Counted from the first letter of the whole stretch, positions 41,084-54,675 are shown. The stretch: 55,929 bases of DNA, filler included, from Basidiobolus ranarum (GCA_040143965.1; 4 parts of 4 records of this genome joined end to end with filler, not necessarily neighbours in it); one strand, 5' to 3'. Program-made: numbers and translations. The notes: generated by a model not told the origin, from the sequence alone.

Positions 41084-41310
41084 TTCACCATACGCACCCC
41101 TTACTCTCCATTTACTTTACCCTCGTACAGTCATCAAATCGTTAACAGAAAGATATATGCGATATGACGGTTTATATATATATATATATGCATATAGACA
41201 ATGTACTGGACATTATATTAAAGAACGTCATCTGAATTACTCTCAATAACACTCGATCCACTCTGTTCATCGACGATAGTATAGATATTTTTTATTTTGC
41301 TTAGGTACCT

Positions 41311-41922
41311 TCACCATCCAAACCCTGATTGTGGTAATGGTAACGGTAGCGGTAACTTCCGCTGTTGTGGATGCATGGTTTCAAAAATATCGTTTAACTT
41401 GTTTTGAAGGGGAGTATGGGTGGTTTGATCATAGGAGATGCTTCGAAGTGGGGGTGTGGAGGGAGCAGAGTAAGCGGAGTAGGTGGAGTAGAAATTCCCA
41501 TTTCTCATTGAAGCAGGTGTACACGAAGTAGATTTGAAATCTTTACAGGTCAAGTAAACGAAAGGTGGAGATGTGGATGTGGAGTATTGTGGCTCTAAAG
41601 GTTTGATATAGGAGGTATACGGATGATAGGTGCTAGTACGATGATCAAAACTTTCATTAAATGAGGTAGGATTCTGGTTGGTTCTAGGTCCTTTCAGTGA
41701 ACTAGCGGAGCGAGAACGAAGATGCTTTTTTCCTCGTATGCTACCAACCGATTCCTTTGTATGAGTACGTATATGTCTTTTCAAATGATCGTGACGAAGA
41801 AACGCTTTGTGGCATGTGATACACTTGTATGGTCGTAGAGGTGGAAGTTTATAGCTTCGCTCATCGTCATTATCTCCGGTAATCTGGGCTTTGATAATAC
41901 TACTGATTGGAAGAAGGATCAT
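41311..41922 (-). CDS. C2H2 zinc-finger transcription factor with one visible finger; an upstream exon may lie beyond the contig end
   Basis: RPYKCITCHKAFLRHDHLKRHIRTH followed by an S/T/P-rich tail ending LPLPLPLP. A CTGAC..TATAG acceptor-like sequence lies just upstream of the ATG. Confidence 0.75.
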   Translation of the reverse strand: MILLPISSIIKAQITGDNDDERSYKLPPLRPYKCITCHKAFLRHDHLKRHIRTHTKESVGSIRGKKHLRSRSASSLKGPRTNQNPTSFNESFDHRTSTYHPYTSYIKPLEPQYSTSTSPPFVYLTCKDFKSTSCTPASMRNGNFYSTYSAYSAPSTPPLRSISYDQTTHTPLQNKLNDIFETMHPQQRKLPLPLPLPQSGFGW

Positions 41923-41971
41923 GATGTCTATAAATGTCAGTGGGAATCAATTCAAGGTAAAATGGTAGAAC

Positions 41972-42071
41972 NNNNNNNNNNNNNNNNNNNNNNNNNNNNN
42001 NNNNNNNNNNNNNNNTTAATTAATTAANNNNNNNNNNNNNNNNNNNNNNNNNNNNNNNNNNNNNNNNNNNN
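41972..42071. other. Artificial contig-joining linker (N44-TTAATTAATTAA-N44)
   Basis: Identical 100-nt spacer. Confidence 0.97.
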
Positions 42072-42123
42072 AATGGAAAAGAAAGGTCGTCAGCAAGACG
42101 GGTATCTCCCGAGTGAAAATTAG

Positions 42124-44531
42124 GGAGTGATAGGAAATATGAGAACAGTGGCCCGTTGGAGTGCGGAGGGAAGCATTGATTTCCTTTGCTATCCCAACTT
42201 CGACAGTCCATCGGTGTTCGCGCGTATGCTAGACAAAGACCGGGGTGGGCACTTCTCCATTTCGCCCGTTGATTATCGCTCGAGCAAGCAGCAATATCTA
42301 CCAGGCTCTAATATATTAAATACAAAATTCATTTCAGAGGAAGGTGTATGCGACTTGGTGGAATTTATGCACCATCCCAGCAGCAGCGACAGTTTAACGC
42401 CACTATACCCGTGGCTGATAAGAAAGGTAAGGATGATTCGTGGAAAGATCGATCTACAAGTGGAGTGCTATCCTGCCTTTAATTATGGTTTAGATACACA
42501 TGAGGTTTCAATCAAAGATCCAACTACAAGCCCATCTCATGATGATCCGTTTCAGCAAGATGAGATTCATTTTAATTCCCAGTCACTGTCTTTGAGACTT
42601 CAAAGCGTACATAAGGCTTGTGAAGGAACCCGAGTGGGTCTTGAATGGAAGACGAATGAATCAGATATCGGCCCCGGGGTATCTGCAAACTTTACACTAA
42701 GTGAAGGCGAAGAGATCATCTTTGTCTTGGGAGAAATCCCCACATCGTCTAGCGCTCAACCAAAACTGAAGAGCGTCACTCCGGATTTCTTGCACCACCT
42801 GTTTAATGAGACCTTGTTGTATTGGAATGATTGGATTTCTCAATGTAAATATGATGGGAAATGGCGAGAGACAGTCCACAGAAGCGCATTTATGCTAAAG
42901 ATGCTTACATATTCCCCCGTAAGTAGATCAGTCATATCAATTATTACCTTCCGTCACCAACTTCTTCTTTTCAATAGACTGGGGCCATCATAGCTGCACC
43001 AACCTTTAGTCTGCCTCAAAGTAACCAATATGTTGATGATGCCCTCTTAGTATTCTGCTTACTAATACTTGAATTCAGTCCTTGGGGGATCTAGTAATTG
43101 GGACTACAGGTATTGTTGGATACGTGATTCATCATTCACTCTATACGCGTTACTGCGCATAGGAATGACCGAGGAATCGGACGCATACATGAAATATCTA
43201 GAGAAAATCTTGGATAGTGTATGTATTACACTGATGTACAATACTTTTTATTCCACAATTCTCACGACAAAACACCATTTTTAGAGCGACGATGGTTCCA
43301 TCCACCCTATCTACACTATTCGTGGTGAGGAAACAATGGAGGAGAGAACACTAGATCATTTCGATGGCTATAAATCGTCCCGACCGGTAAGAGTAGGAAA
43401 TGCAGCAGCTAATTTCCCACAGCTAGATATTTATGGAGAGCTGTTGGATGCAATATATCTATACAGCAAATATTCAAAGCCCATTTCGTACGATATGTGG
43501 AATCATATTCGTAAGATGGTGAATTATGTATGCGAAAATTGGCAACGTGCTGATGCAAGTATCTGGGAGTCCAGAGAAAAGACTCAAAACTATGTGTTTT
43601 CTAAAATCATGTGCTGGGTAGCTATAGATAGAGGTAGATTTTCCCTCTTTCCGTGCTTGCTCAGTATTGTTGTAACAACTGTCTCTCACTATATTAGGAC
43701 TACGTCTTACTGAAAAACGAAGCTGGTATCCTTGCCCTGAAATGTATTATTGGAAAGAAACCCGAGATAAGATATACACTGAAATAATGAATAAGGGGTG
43801 GAACGAAGAAAAAGAAATATTCGTACAATCCTATGAATGTAACAATATTCTTGACGCCTCGGTATTAATAATGCCCTTAGTTTTTTTTATTTCTCCTACG
43901 GATCCACGTCTATTAAAAACCTTGCAAGCCATCAGAAAGCCTACTGACAAAGGAGGGTTGATTGAAAACAACCTCGTATACCGATGTTTGTACGATTATT
44001 GATGAATCGAAGTAATGCTCGAAGCTTTCTAATACACTTTATCAATCCCTCTCCCACAGATAACTGTTCCAGTAACGAAAAGGTTCAAGGAGAAGAAAGG
44101 TAATTCAACTAAATATTTCTTTTATCGACTCTAATAACACAACTCTACTATTATAGCCATTCCATTTGCACTTTCTGGCTAGTAGAGGTAATTAGATCTA
44201 TCAAAAGATAGAATCAAACTTGAATTATTTGTCAACACACTTTATATTCCTAGGCGCTCACCAGAGCAGGAAAGTATGATAAGCAACTGCTATACGAGGC
44301 GATGGTGATTTTTGAGCAGGTTCTAAGCTATTCTAATCACCTGAATTTATATTCGGAAAAAATCGCCAAAAGTGGAGAATGTTTGGGGAATTTTCCTCAG
44401 GTATGCTTGGCTTTCGTTCGAAAGTATGAGCTTGTACTAACAATCTTAACAATAATTACCTTTAGGCTTTCACTCATATGGCATTGATATCCTCTGCGTA
44501 TAATTTAGACCGAGTATTGTCTAAAAGATAA
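42124..44531 (+). CDS. Glycoside hydrolase family 15, trehalase-like type (multi-exon; 5' end truncated or uncertain)
   Basis: [71 protein letters not shown] (acid Glu) and [22 protein letters not shown]. Confidence 0.9.
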
Positions 44532-44834
44532 TTAGATCTTGTGGTTCAATGTGAATGGTTGCACATCCATTATGTCTAATAAAAACAAATATTAACAAGC
44601 AAGAAATGTAGTGCATTTATTAACGAATGATAATAAATATGTTATAAATTATGATGTAACATCCAATGATAATATTGATGAAAACTCTGAAGGGCTTGGT
44701 GGAATTTTGCAAAATGTGCATCGTGAATTTTTTATAATCCCTCTAGTACAACACCATTCATATTGCTTTGCAAACTCTGATAGGCCCTATCTCACAATAT
44801 GCTTACTGCTGAATCTGTAACGACATCCGATATC

Positions 44835-45498
44835 ATGGCTCTTATAGAGCAACTCGAAACTACAGAGCAAAACTTTAGAGAACTAAATATAGGTAGCTCT
44901 AAGAACCTATTATTCTATACTTAGCACTTGAAGTAAACATTGAAACTAGCCAATGTAGATGAACAATACTCGGAATTAATCAGTGGAGACGAATTAGATG
45001 CAACAGATTTGGGATATCAAGCCCTAGAAGAGGATGAAGACGAAGACGAAGGGATTCCTGAAGAATATCAGGTATCTTCAGAATATATATTATTTATGAA
45101 ATTTTTGCTTGTTAAGCTGAACGCAACAACGATTTAGTATCAACGACTTCCTCAAGATGCCGCAGAGGAGTATTTGGAGTCAACTACTGAGCCTCCAGTT
45201 CTTATTATCAACCCTACTTCTAGCGCTCGGATACCTGATGGTTAGTCAGTATTTAGATTGTCTTTTATCTTATTTTCAGAAACCTAATTCTGGACAACAG
45301 CCGATTTGGACGTAATTCGTGGTGTGATGCAGTCTTTCGCTCTACCAGAATCTGCCGTTCCAGGTAATTCTTGTCAATTAACCTCAAAAACTTAACCACT
45401 TTCTTACTTTTCCGTGTTTTTTTTTAGAATGGGCCAAGGTTGTTCCTGAAGAGAAATGGATGCCAAAATTGGAATCCTCAGAGGATAAGATAGAATAA
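44835..45498 (+). CDS. Male-enhanced antigen 1 (MEA1)-like small acidic protein, 5 exons
   Basis: Spliced: acidic tract with GYQAL, then DLDVIRGVMQSFALPESAVPEWAKVVPEEKW, which resembles the MEA1 C-terminal LP..P.WA....W motif. Confidence 0.7.
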
Positions 45499-46136
45499 GC
45501 ATTAGCCAAATATCCTTTCTAACGAGTATTTCTATTCAAGTTATTTCCTAAAGCCTATCTTCAGCTATAATTATGAATACGCAACTTGGCATCTACTCAG
45601 CATCTGCCAATAAATATACTGTATATAACTTGATTTCTATTTTAAACATCTTCTTTACTTCGTCCAGTTTGACACCGCATGAACGCATTCAAGGTAGAAT
45701 TTGATCAAAGCTCAACTGGTAGTAAATTGCTCAATCTTGATTTTGAAGCTATCTTTGTAGAAAATCAACATAATACTTGACATTACATATCTATGAATCT
45801 GATCTTACTGTATATACAGTTAGTGATAATGGAAAATACACCAAAGTAACGAACACATAGGCTAAACGATATTTCTATTTTACAAGCTATATGCATCGAT
45901 AATTGCGGATCAATCACAAGTCGATACTGCGACAGGAAAGGTCTGACAGATCTTGAATACCATAGACACTCACGATATTGTGTTTCTATGCATCATTCTT
46001 TGGTGAATGAATGCAACAGAGTGCTACTTGATTGGCACAACAGTCACAATAAATATAATTTTGGTTCAAATTATTTGTTTTCAAAAAATCCATAGCTGCG
46101 GCTCCCATATGTTCCTTAGCCGAGAAGTTGTCAGTC

Positions 46137-49100
46137 ATGTCTAGTGAAGAAATCAAATTCGAAGTTTTATATACTAACCAAAAAATAAAGAAAAACAAAA
46201 CTTGGCATGATGGTTAGTGCTAATCTTTTAGAACTTTCCCTATTACATGAACTATTGATTTTCCTTTGTACTAATTGAGTTTTATTCAAGGTTATTTACG
46301 ATATAATGTAGTTAGTGCGAAGGTACTCATTTTCAGAGTCCATTATTTATTCGCTCACCCATTCATATTTCTCACTTATAATCATAAGGTTACCTTATAC
46401 GACGAAAGTGATTCTAAATTATCAAGGTTGGAACAATAACTTAAACCCCCCCCCTACCTTAACCGTTCTTGAGATCTAATTAATCTTTACTCTGGTGAAG
46501 TTTGTTTGCCAAAGGAAAATCTGTGACTGTAGGAGAGCAGCTAGAATTCGATAGGTACTTGGTGACACTTGAAAGCATTCTAACCCAGGCGACTATAACC
46601 TCCAAGAATAAAGAAGTTTCGAATACACCCGAAGTATCTCAAGTGGTAGATATGATTAGAGTAGCAAAGTTGGAGATAAATATTTACTAAAGCTCTGTTG
46701 AATGTTAGACTGAGCCACTTAGCAAACCGAAGTACAACCCTCGATTCAAGAGAGGACTTCTGAAATCTATCAAGCGTGACTTACCAAAAGATCAAACAGT
46801 TGATGAGAAAGACTCACCTGGTTTGCAAAGATTATTGTTTATGGCATTGAGATTTCAATTACTGATATATATATGTAGGATCTTCTACTACTATGAGCAA
46901 TTCAAATGAGGATGTAGTGGTATCTGTGGGCGAGGAAAAAGAGGAAGTCAAGCAAGATCTAGCTCCGATAATCCAAGTAATATCTCCAGGATAGTCGCAT
47001 ATTATTACTTGACCAGTTCAATTAAATTTTTGGATATCATGTAGCCTAAACGTCGCAGAGTTGGACTTTCACGCAGTCGAGGAAACGAGCTTCCAGAAAA
47101 ATCGATAGAGTGTGATGTTGACGCAGGAAAAGATAATCCTCAACCTGATCAAGAGCATAAGTCGAAATTCAAGCCGTTGGCGATCCAAAGAAGGTATGTC
47201 TTGAGTCTAAGTTTGACTTTAATTCTTACATTGATACGAGATCGAATATTATAGTCGGATATCAAGCGAAGCAATTAGGTATCCTGGAAAAGACGAATGC
47301 TTCAAAATGTCACAAAATAATGGAATAATTGTACGGACCGGAAAAGCACCTACATTCTTTGTAAGATTTAATTACACATTCGAAACCAGTCAACATCGAA
47401 ATAATAACCAAGTTACTGTACAGAAATCAATTATAGAGTATAAAAGTGCATTCGATGGTTTACTTCGAGAACATATCCAGGTATTTTATATGAATGTGAT
47501 ATGATCAGCTTGATGTCAACTAAGCAACAGCAAAGGTCACACTTAACCTCCAAGTCGTGCACTTCCGTTCTGTGAGTTGGCATTACCGACAAGAAAAGCA
47601 GAAACAAAATATCGAAATGTATTTCCGAAAACGCGGGATCAGTCTCTATGATGATTGCTCGTTGATGTGAGTATTTGATACGTTTTTTTTATTGTATTTT
47701 GACTGATGATAAGCGTCTCTAGAAAAGCGGGATACTTCGGAAGAAATAGTTTTGGCGATTCTGACAACTTAAAACCATCAACTGGACTGGAAACTTTTAT
47801 TTTAGGGCTGTCAAGCAAAGAGCATCATTCAGTGTGAGTTTTTTCTGAACGTTTTTAAAGGCCGAACTATAAATGACTAACCATTCCTCTAGCTATTCAA
47901 AAGGTTCTATTAACTCTTCAATCTTGATTATCAAATATTTTTGACTCATTCAACGAATTCAGATGATATTTGGGCTATTTCCACGACTATAGAATTTGAA
48001 CCTCATTCTACTTTCCTGGCACGAAATGTTTTTTATGGTCCTTCTTCATCGGGAAATCTAGAAGTAAATATTCGTCGTTGAGCCTTTATTAACAATATTC
48101 TAATATACTCTCTATTTCAGGTAAAATGTCTCGGGTCTCATGATACGAGCATTGCTTCGCGTCTGGTCGCAGCGAAAGGTTCTGTATTTGCTATTAGAAG
48201 CTTCAATGCTGGGAATGAGTTCACTATGCTTGGTATTTATACACAATTTTTCTACCCCACTAAAGGATCATTTATCTCATCCATATAAACGTTTTTTTAC
48301 CTAGATAATCTTTCAAACAACCTTACTGTAACTCCCCTAATATCGTCCATAATGAACCATCCAAAAAATATATCTAAAGAGCAGGACTCCCAGATGGATA
48401 GCTCACTTGACTTGCCTCTGAACTCTTGTGCTTCTTCCATGATACACATAGAAGAACAGTATAGATCACAAGTAGATGAATTAATAGAAAATACAATTAC
48501 TGAATACTCACTGAATGATGACCAAGCAACGTATAGTATTATTCTTTTGTGTTTATCTAAAACTATACCTTATATCAGTTTCTCCAGCGTTCTTAGAAAG
48601 TTCGCTTCAAGTATGACCGAATCCTCTGAGCCCGGCCAAACCTCCCCGATCCTTTTGGTCCATGGTGAGATTTATACATTTCATACGAATTGAAGCTCGA
48701 TTTAAAACTTTAATTATTACAACAGGTGCTTATGGAGCCGGGAAAAGGTATTTCATCAATTGTTTAAAAAACTATTGATCTAACACTTTGGTTTAGTTAT
48801 CTTATCGGTGTACTGGTTGTGTTCTTGGAACGATTGATAAATCTCACGGGACTGAGTGTTAAATGCCCGTTCAAAATTTTAGTTGCGTCCATGACAGTAA
48901 GTAAAAATGTAAATCGAATAGACTATTTTTATTCCTGTTTTAAGTATTTTTATTTAGAATATTGCTGTTGATAACATCCTTCTTGGTTTGTTAAAATTGG
49001 GCTTCTCAGACTTTGTTCGTGTAGGAAGGTATGTATCAAACATATACTCAAACATCAAACCGAGAATTCTCATTATTAACAATTTAATTAGTATAAAGAA

Positions 49101-51529
49101 AATCGCGAAGTCTATTCTACCATTCACGGCACAAGTAAAAAGCGATCCTAGTGAAGGTATATATGTAAAAAATGATTATTTCCATTAAACAATATACTTA
49201 GCAAATCTTTAGATATCAAGGAACTACAAAGCCTGCTAAAAGAGGACAACCTCACAGAAATTGAGTACAAGAATGTAAGCGACACTATCAAGCGATTCAC
49301 AAAAAATGAAAATAAGGGGTTACTAAAGCGATCGATGGTTGTTGGTATGTAGCATTAATATTCTCGAGAAATGTGATGTATCTTGAGGTCATATTTGTAA
49401 TGCTTAATAACTTCGTCATTTAGGTACAACCTGCCTGGCGTCAACATTCGATATATTTGAGAACATTCCGTTTCCAATTATTATTCTTGACGAATCCAGT
49501 CAAGTTACCGAACCTATGGCATTAGTACCCGTTTGTCGCTTTGCGTGTGAAAAGCTAATTCTTGTTGGTGATCCACTTCAAGTATATACATTTTGATATT
49601 TATAATTCATCAGCACTTCTTTAAACTGAGTTAATTATAGTTACCGCCGACTCTTTCTACTAATTCCTCTAAAGATTCTTCGAAGTGTGGACTTGATAGG
49701 CCTCTTTTCGACCGACTAATACAGGTATTATTTGTAAAGGAAACTAACCTCGTTACTGAAGTAATTAACATATTTGCAAATTAGATGGGAGCAGAGGTTT
49801 GTTTTGAATGTATCTCGACGAATTTACTGTATTTTAATCATATCGTCCTAGCCTGTACTATTAAAAACCCAATATAGAGTATGTTTGTATGTGATTTTTT
49901 ATTTCAAAGCATATTATTTAATCCAGTTTTTTCTAGTGTCACCCTACTATCTCTGCGCTAAGTAACCGCCTATTTTATCAAAGCAAACTCATCAATGGTG
50001 TCAAAGAATCAGAACGTCAGCCTCTGGCACTCGATCTTCCTCACTTATTGTTTATTAATGTTAATGGAAATGTTAGTTGAATATTGTTAAACTACTAGCT
50101 TCGCTCATGCTCTCAACTAACGCGGTATTCATATAGGAACAACAACATTCTCGATCAAAATCTTATATAAATAATAATGAGGTTGGTGTTGTAGTTCTTG
50201 TTGCTAGGGGATTACTTGAAATAGGAATTCGACCGGAGAATATTGGCATCATCACGCTATGTAAAGTACAGGCTTACTCATATATGTACCTCAATTACAA
50301 AGTCAAATTTATCTTTTTTAATGGCAGATAAACAGCAAGCTGATCAAATAGACCTGAAGTTGAAAGATAGCCGAAGCATGAATAAGTTTAATTCAATACA
50401 GGTACATTAAATTTCGAAAGCTGTCTCTAGATTTTTTCATAAGCTCACATTTTCAAAAATTAAAGGTTAGCACTGTCGACGCTTTTCAGGTACCAAACAT
50501 TTATAGATATGGTCTTTAAGGGTAGTGTCTGACATTAACCTACTAGGGAGCGGAGAAAGAAATCACAATTGTCTCCTGTGTTCGGACGCGCCAAATCGGG
50601 TTCATTGACAATCGGCAAAGAGTTAACGTAGCACTTTCGCGAGCCAAAAGGTTTTTGAACAGTTACAATAACAACAATATAGTTTTAAATATTTAACCAA
50701 GTATACAGACATCTGATCATTGTTGGATGTGCGAAACTATTAGAAACCAATCCACTCTGGAAGACGATTGTGACTGAATGCAGATGTAATTTCAAAGTTT
50801 TTGTTCTTTAATAGATATCTGCCTAATGCTTTATTATTTTCCACAGCAAATCTCAATGGATTTATCCACGCCGCTCAAGTTCCCTCACTATTAAAAAGCT
50901 TTGGATGCTCCGGAGAATTTTCTACGTCACTGGCTCCAAATATGAATCAGGGAGAAAACCCGGTCTCTCCCCGAACTAGGTTATCAATCAATTCAACTTT
51001 CAACAGCCGTTCAAATATTCTAGCCAATTCAGATGCAGATGACCTGGAAGCTGAGGAATTTCAAATTCCCAACAATTCAAGTAATAACCCCAATATGTCT
51101 AATTCAAAGAAGTCTCTTGGCTATATACAAGAGTCAAGCCATCAGCACACTTTGATTAATTCTTGCCAAGCATTGAATGACAACAAATCATCGAAGCACA
51201 TAGATTCGGAGAACGCTTTCATCGTTGATGAACCCTTCTCAGATAGCATCCAACTCCGTGAACGTGAAGAACATGATTTGTTAGAACTTTTTAGAAATAA
51301 GGACAGTAGTACCACATCAAGTCAAAAAACGATGACAACAACTCCCCAAATTTCATCAGATGAACAAGATCATTCCATTCGTAACCAGTTCGAAAATGAT
51401 ACTGAGAATTCTTGGAGAAATGATAAACCCTCTTCTGCAACAGAACCACCTAGTGCCAAACAACAACAGAACCAGAACCCTTTGTTCACTATTCTAAGGA
51501 ACTTAAATCAACGTGGCAAGAACGAATAA
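46137..51529 (+). CDS. ZGRF1: ZGRF1-like protein: N-terminal DUF2439 plus C-terminal Upf1/DNA2-like SF1 helicase (>20 introns)
   Basis: MSSEEIKFEVLYTNQKIKKNKTWHDG (DUF2439), YSKDDIWAIS..FYGPSSSG, Walker A VHGAYGAGKSYLI, NIAVDNILLGL, ILDESSQVTEP, LILVGDPLQLPPT, LKTQYRCHP, VSTVDAFQGAEK and RVNVALSRAKRHL. Confidence 0.87.
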
Positions 51530-52189
51530 ACAATATTAAAGTACATTTCAAGAACGATGGCAATTTCGAAAATACAAGTGAATTTCTATTAATGTTATCC
51601 AGCTGTTTTTAGGAAATCTCCAGGATATTTTATATTTTTACACTAATTCCTATAGTTAGGTTAAATTATGATATCGGCATTATCTAATTTTATATAATGG
51701 AGTAAAAGCTAAAATTTGATTTTCGTGTCTGCAATTTCTGTAGTTATCTTGATAAAATTCTTATCACAAAGCACCTAAAGTTTTTACTAGCCATATCTCT
51801 ATTATACTAATAATTTTAAGTAAACTGTTGTAATGATGGGTGTGTATTGGAGAAACCTTTGCAAGGAATTCCCTAACGTTTATATATCTTTTTGGTTTTA
51901 TATTCAAGTCTGATTCTGTAGGTAAAGCATCATGTAAGCCTATAGATCCATGCTATTTAACTAGGATTTGTTGTATTGCTGAAGGATCGCAAATATGAAA
52001 TTTCTGATTTCCTGGAACACGTGATTGTGACTGATTGGGGTTGGAGAACGAAAAATTTTGATGATCAAATAGGAAGTGGACTCTTATATGCAAATTTGAT
52101 TTTTCTACCTAATACCACTGAGCAGCTATCCGACTCTCGACAACTGGTTTTGATTCTTTAGCAAAGCAAAGTCAATTTGAATAGACACA

Positions 52190-53028
52190 ATGACCACCTT
52201 ATTAAAGAAAATCGTACCTGCTTTACCCAAGAGTAAGTTTTTTATAGCGTATACCTCTTTAAGATTTTATAGCTGTCTTTCTATTATTGGTTTTTAATCA
52301 TTTCCTTTTTACAGACCCTTTCCCTCAAACCGTTCAAGCTTGGGAACATGAGTTCAAAAACAAAAAACCTCTTCGTATTCTTGATCTCCATAAGAGTGTT
52401 TTCGGCTCACCCCTCCGTGTTGACATATTGCACCGTGTTGTTGTATGGCAAAGAGATGCCTTAAGACAAGGTACACACTCCACTAAGGGTATTAGTGATC
52501 TCCGTGGTTCAACCAGAAAGGTTTTCGCTCAGAAAGGTAGAGGTGCCGCCCGTGTGGGTACCATAAGAGCCCCTCAGTTCCGTGGTGGTATGTACAATAT
52601 TTTGAGTTTACTCATTTTTATAGAAGCCCACACACTAAATACTGAATTCACTTTAAGGTGCCGCTGTTCATGCCCCTAAACCTCGTAGCCATGAAAGCTT
52701 TCTCCAAAAGAAAGTAGTAGATATGGGACTTCGTGTTGCTCTTTCTACCAAATATGCTCAAAACCAGCTGGTTGTTGTCAACAAAATTGAACTTGCAACT
52801 CACAAGACCCGCGATCTTTCCCATATTCTTAAATCCAATCAATGGACATCTGCTTTGATTGCTATCAAAGATGAGAACGAGAACCTCAAGATTGCTGCCA
52901 GTAACATCCCTGGTATCAAGATTGTAAAGGTTGAGGACCTTGATGTTTACAATGTCTTGCTTCACAAGAACCTCATTCTTGATACCGGCTCTGCAACTTA
53001 CTTGCAAAAGAAGTTGAAAGTACGTTAA
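52190..53028 (+). CDS. YML6: Mitochondrial ribosomal protein uL4m, 3 exons
   Basis: VFGSPLRVDILHRVVVWQRDALRQGTHSTKGISDLRGSTRKVFAQKGRGAARVGTIRAPQFRGG|AAVHAPKPR..MGLRVALSTKYAQ. Confidence 0.92.
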
Positions 53029-54675
53029 GCGATGTCTACCAAACCTCACATTAACGTAGACTATTCTTTATTCGTGTCTTTGGAACATAACTTGACATTG
53101 ACAGATCCTAGAGTAGGAATTTTTATGCATTCATTTATTTTTCAACATCATTCCTTAATAAAAATTGTCGTCGTTTAACTCGAGCCCCTTGATTTTCTAA
53201 TTTTTAGCACTCACTAACACAATACGGTAATAGATGACTTTGAATTCAAAAAAACATAAATTTAGAATTCTGAATTATTAGTTAATCTGAATATATACCT
53301 TAGCATTATGTATTGACCGTTGAAATAATTTATGAGAAGCGGTTACAACCCCAATATTTACTATATATCAGGGACTTTCTGGGTCATACGATTCTTCATC
53401 GTCACTAACCAGGCTGAGAACTGGATTTACAATCGGTTGTCTCTTTTATGTTAAAAAGATATTGTTCCAAAGTCATCATGAAGTAATGAACTTGCAAAGA
53501 TTTCAATGAGTTTTCCACTAGTCGAGAAGGAGCAAAAGGCTGCCAAAAAACGTTGTCGCGATATGTAACCATTTTGTATACATTGATTCTTCTTAAATAA
53601 ACAACGCTTTTTCAAAAGTGATGGCTCCAAACAAAGATCACCAACTGTCATCAGCTATTCAAATCATCGCAGGAAAAAGATGATTTGGATAATGGAGGCA
53701 AGATACAGCTGAGCAAAACAAGCTTCGATCGAGTGTCATTGTATCTGTAAAGTAGAATTGTCTTTTTAAATATCTAAGGGTATAAAGTCTTTACTATATG
53801 ACTTTGACGGTCGTGATGTTACAAGCATCAAGTTTTGTGCCAGGTACAACCAAGGGGGTCTTTATAAACCTTCGGCCTATGTTCAGCCAAAAGATAGAGT
53901 TATATATGTAGTTGTTGGGAGGCTAGAATGCAATAGGCCTTGGTTTTGGAAAATGTTGTTTTAAATCTGATTTAGAACCTGTTTACAAGACCCTTGTAGC
54001 AGCATATAGCTTGGAACAGTCGTATTTCCTAGCTTAAAATTGACAGTGAAATTCATTTAGTAGCTACATGGATGCAGCCCCCTTGCATAGTCTTCGATAG
54101 GCTTTGGGTTAGTGAGGTCATTAACTTAACTGCAAGTGTTGATCGCACAAGTGTGCACAAATATCATTCACATTCCAACACAAACCTCTGTTCATAAATA
54201 CTATTACCAAATTAGGTTTCATATTCGATGGAATCACCTCCAATATAGTTAGCCTGTTCCACGTGTTGTCACTCAAAGCTACTGAGCACTATAGGTGGCT
54301 TCAACCATTATTGTACGAATCTTAATTTTTGTGATGGTGGCTGGTCGTGTGCAAACATAGCATTTCCATAGGTGGAGGCAATCTCCAGTTTAGTAACCTA
54401 TAGCTTTAGTGCCTCTCTCGATTGCGAATCAATTAAACTTTATGTATTATTCTCAGGACTGTTAGATGACTACGTGACTGGGTAAGTGAGAGGAAAGAGA
54501 TCGGCTGACGCATGCATAATTTCGGGTATTTCTTTACTCTTGCTCGGTCTCAACTCCAGAGATATCTTGATCATTTTTGTTGTAGACAACAGATAAAAGG
54601 TGCCTTCCAGAAGACTTTATTCGTGAGATTCAGCCAGAGAATCCTTGGTGAAACCCGAAACAAAGTTACATTATT

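Noticed and set aside
41172-41190. (TA)n microsatellite, (CA)n near 39080 and a C/T tract near 3911-3950
   Set aside because: Ordinary short low-complexity tracts.
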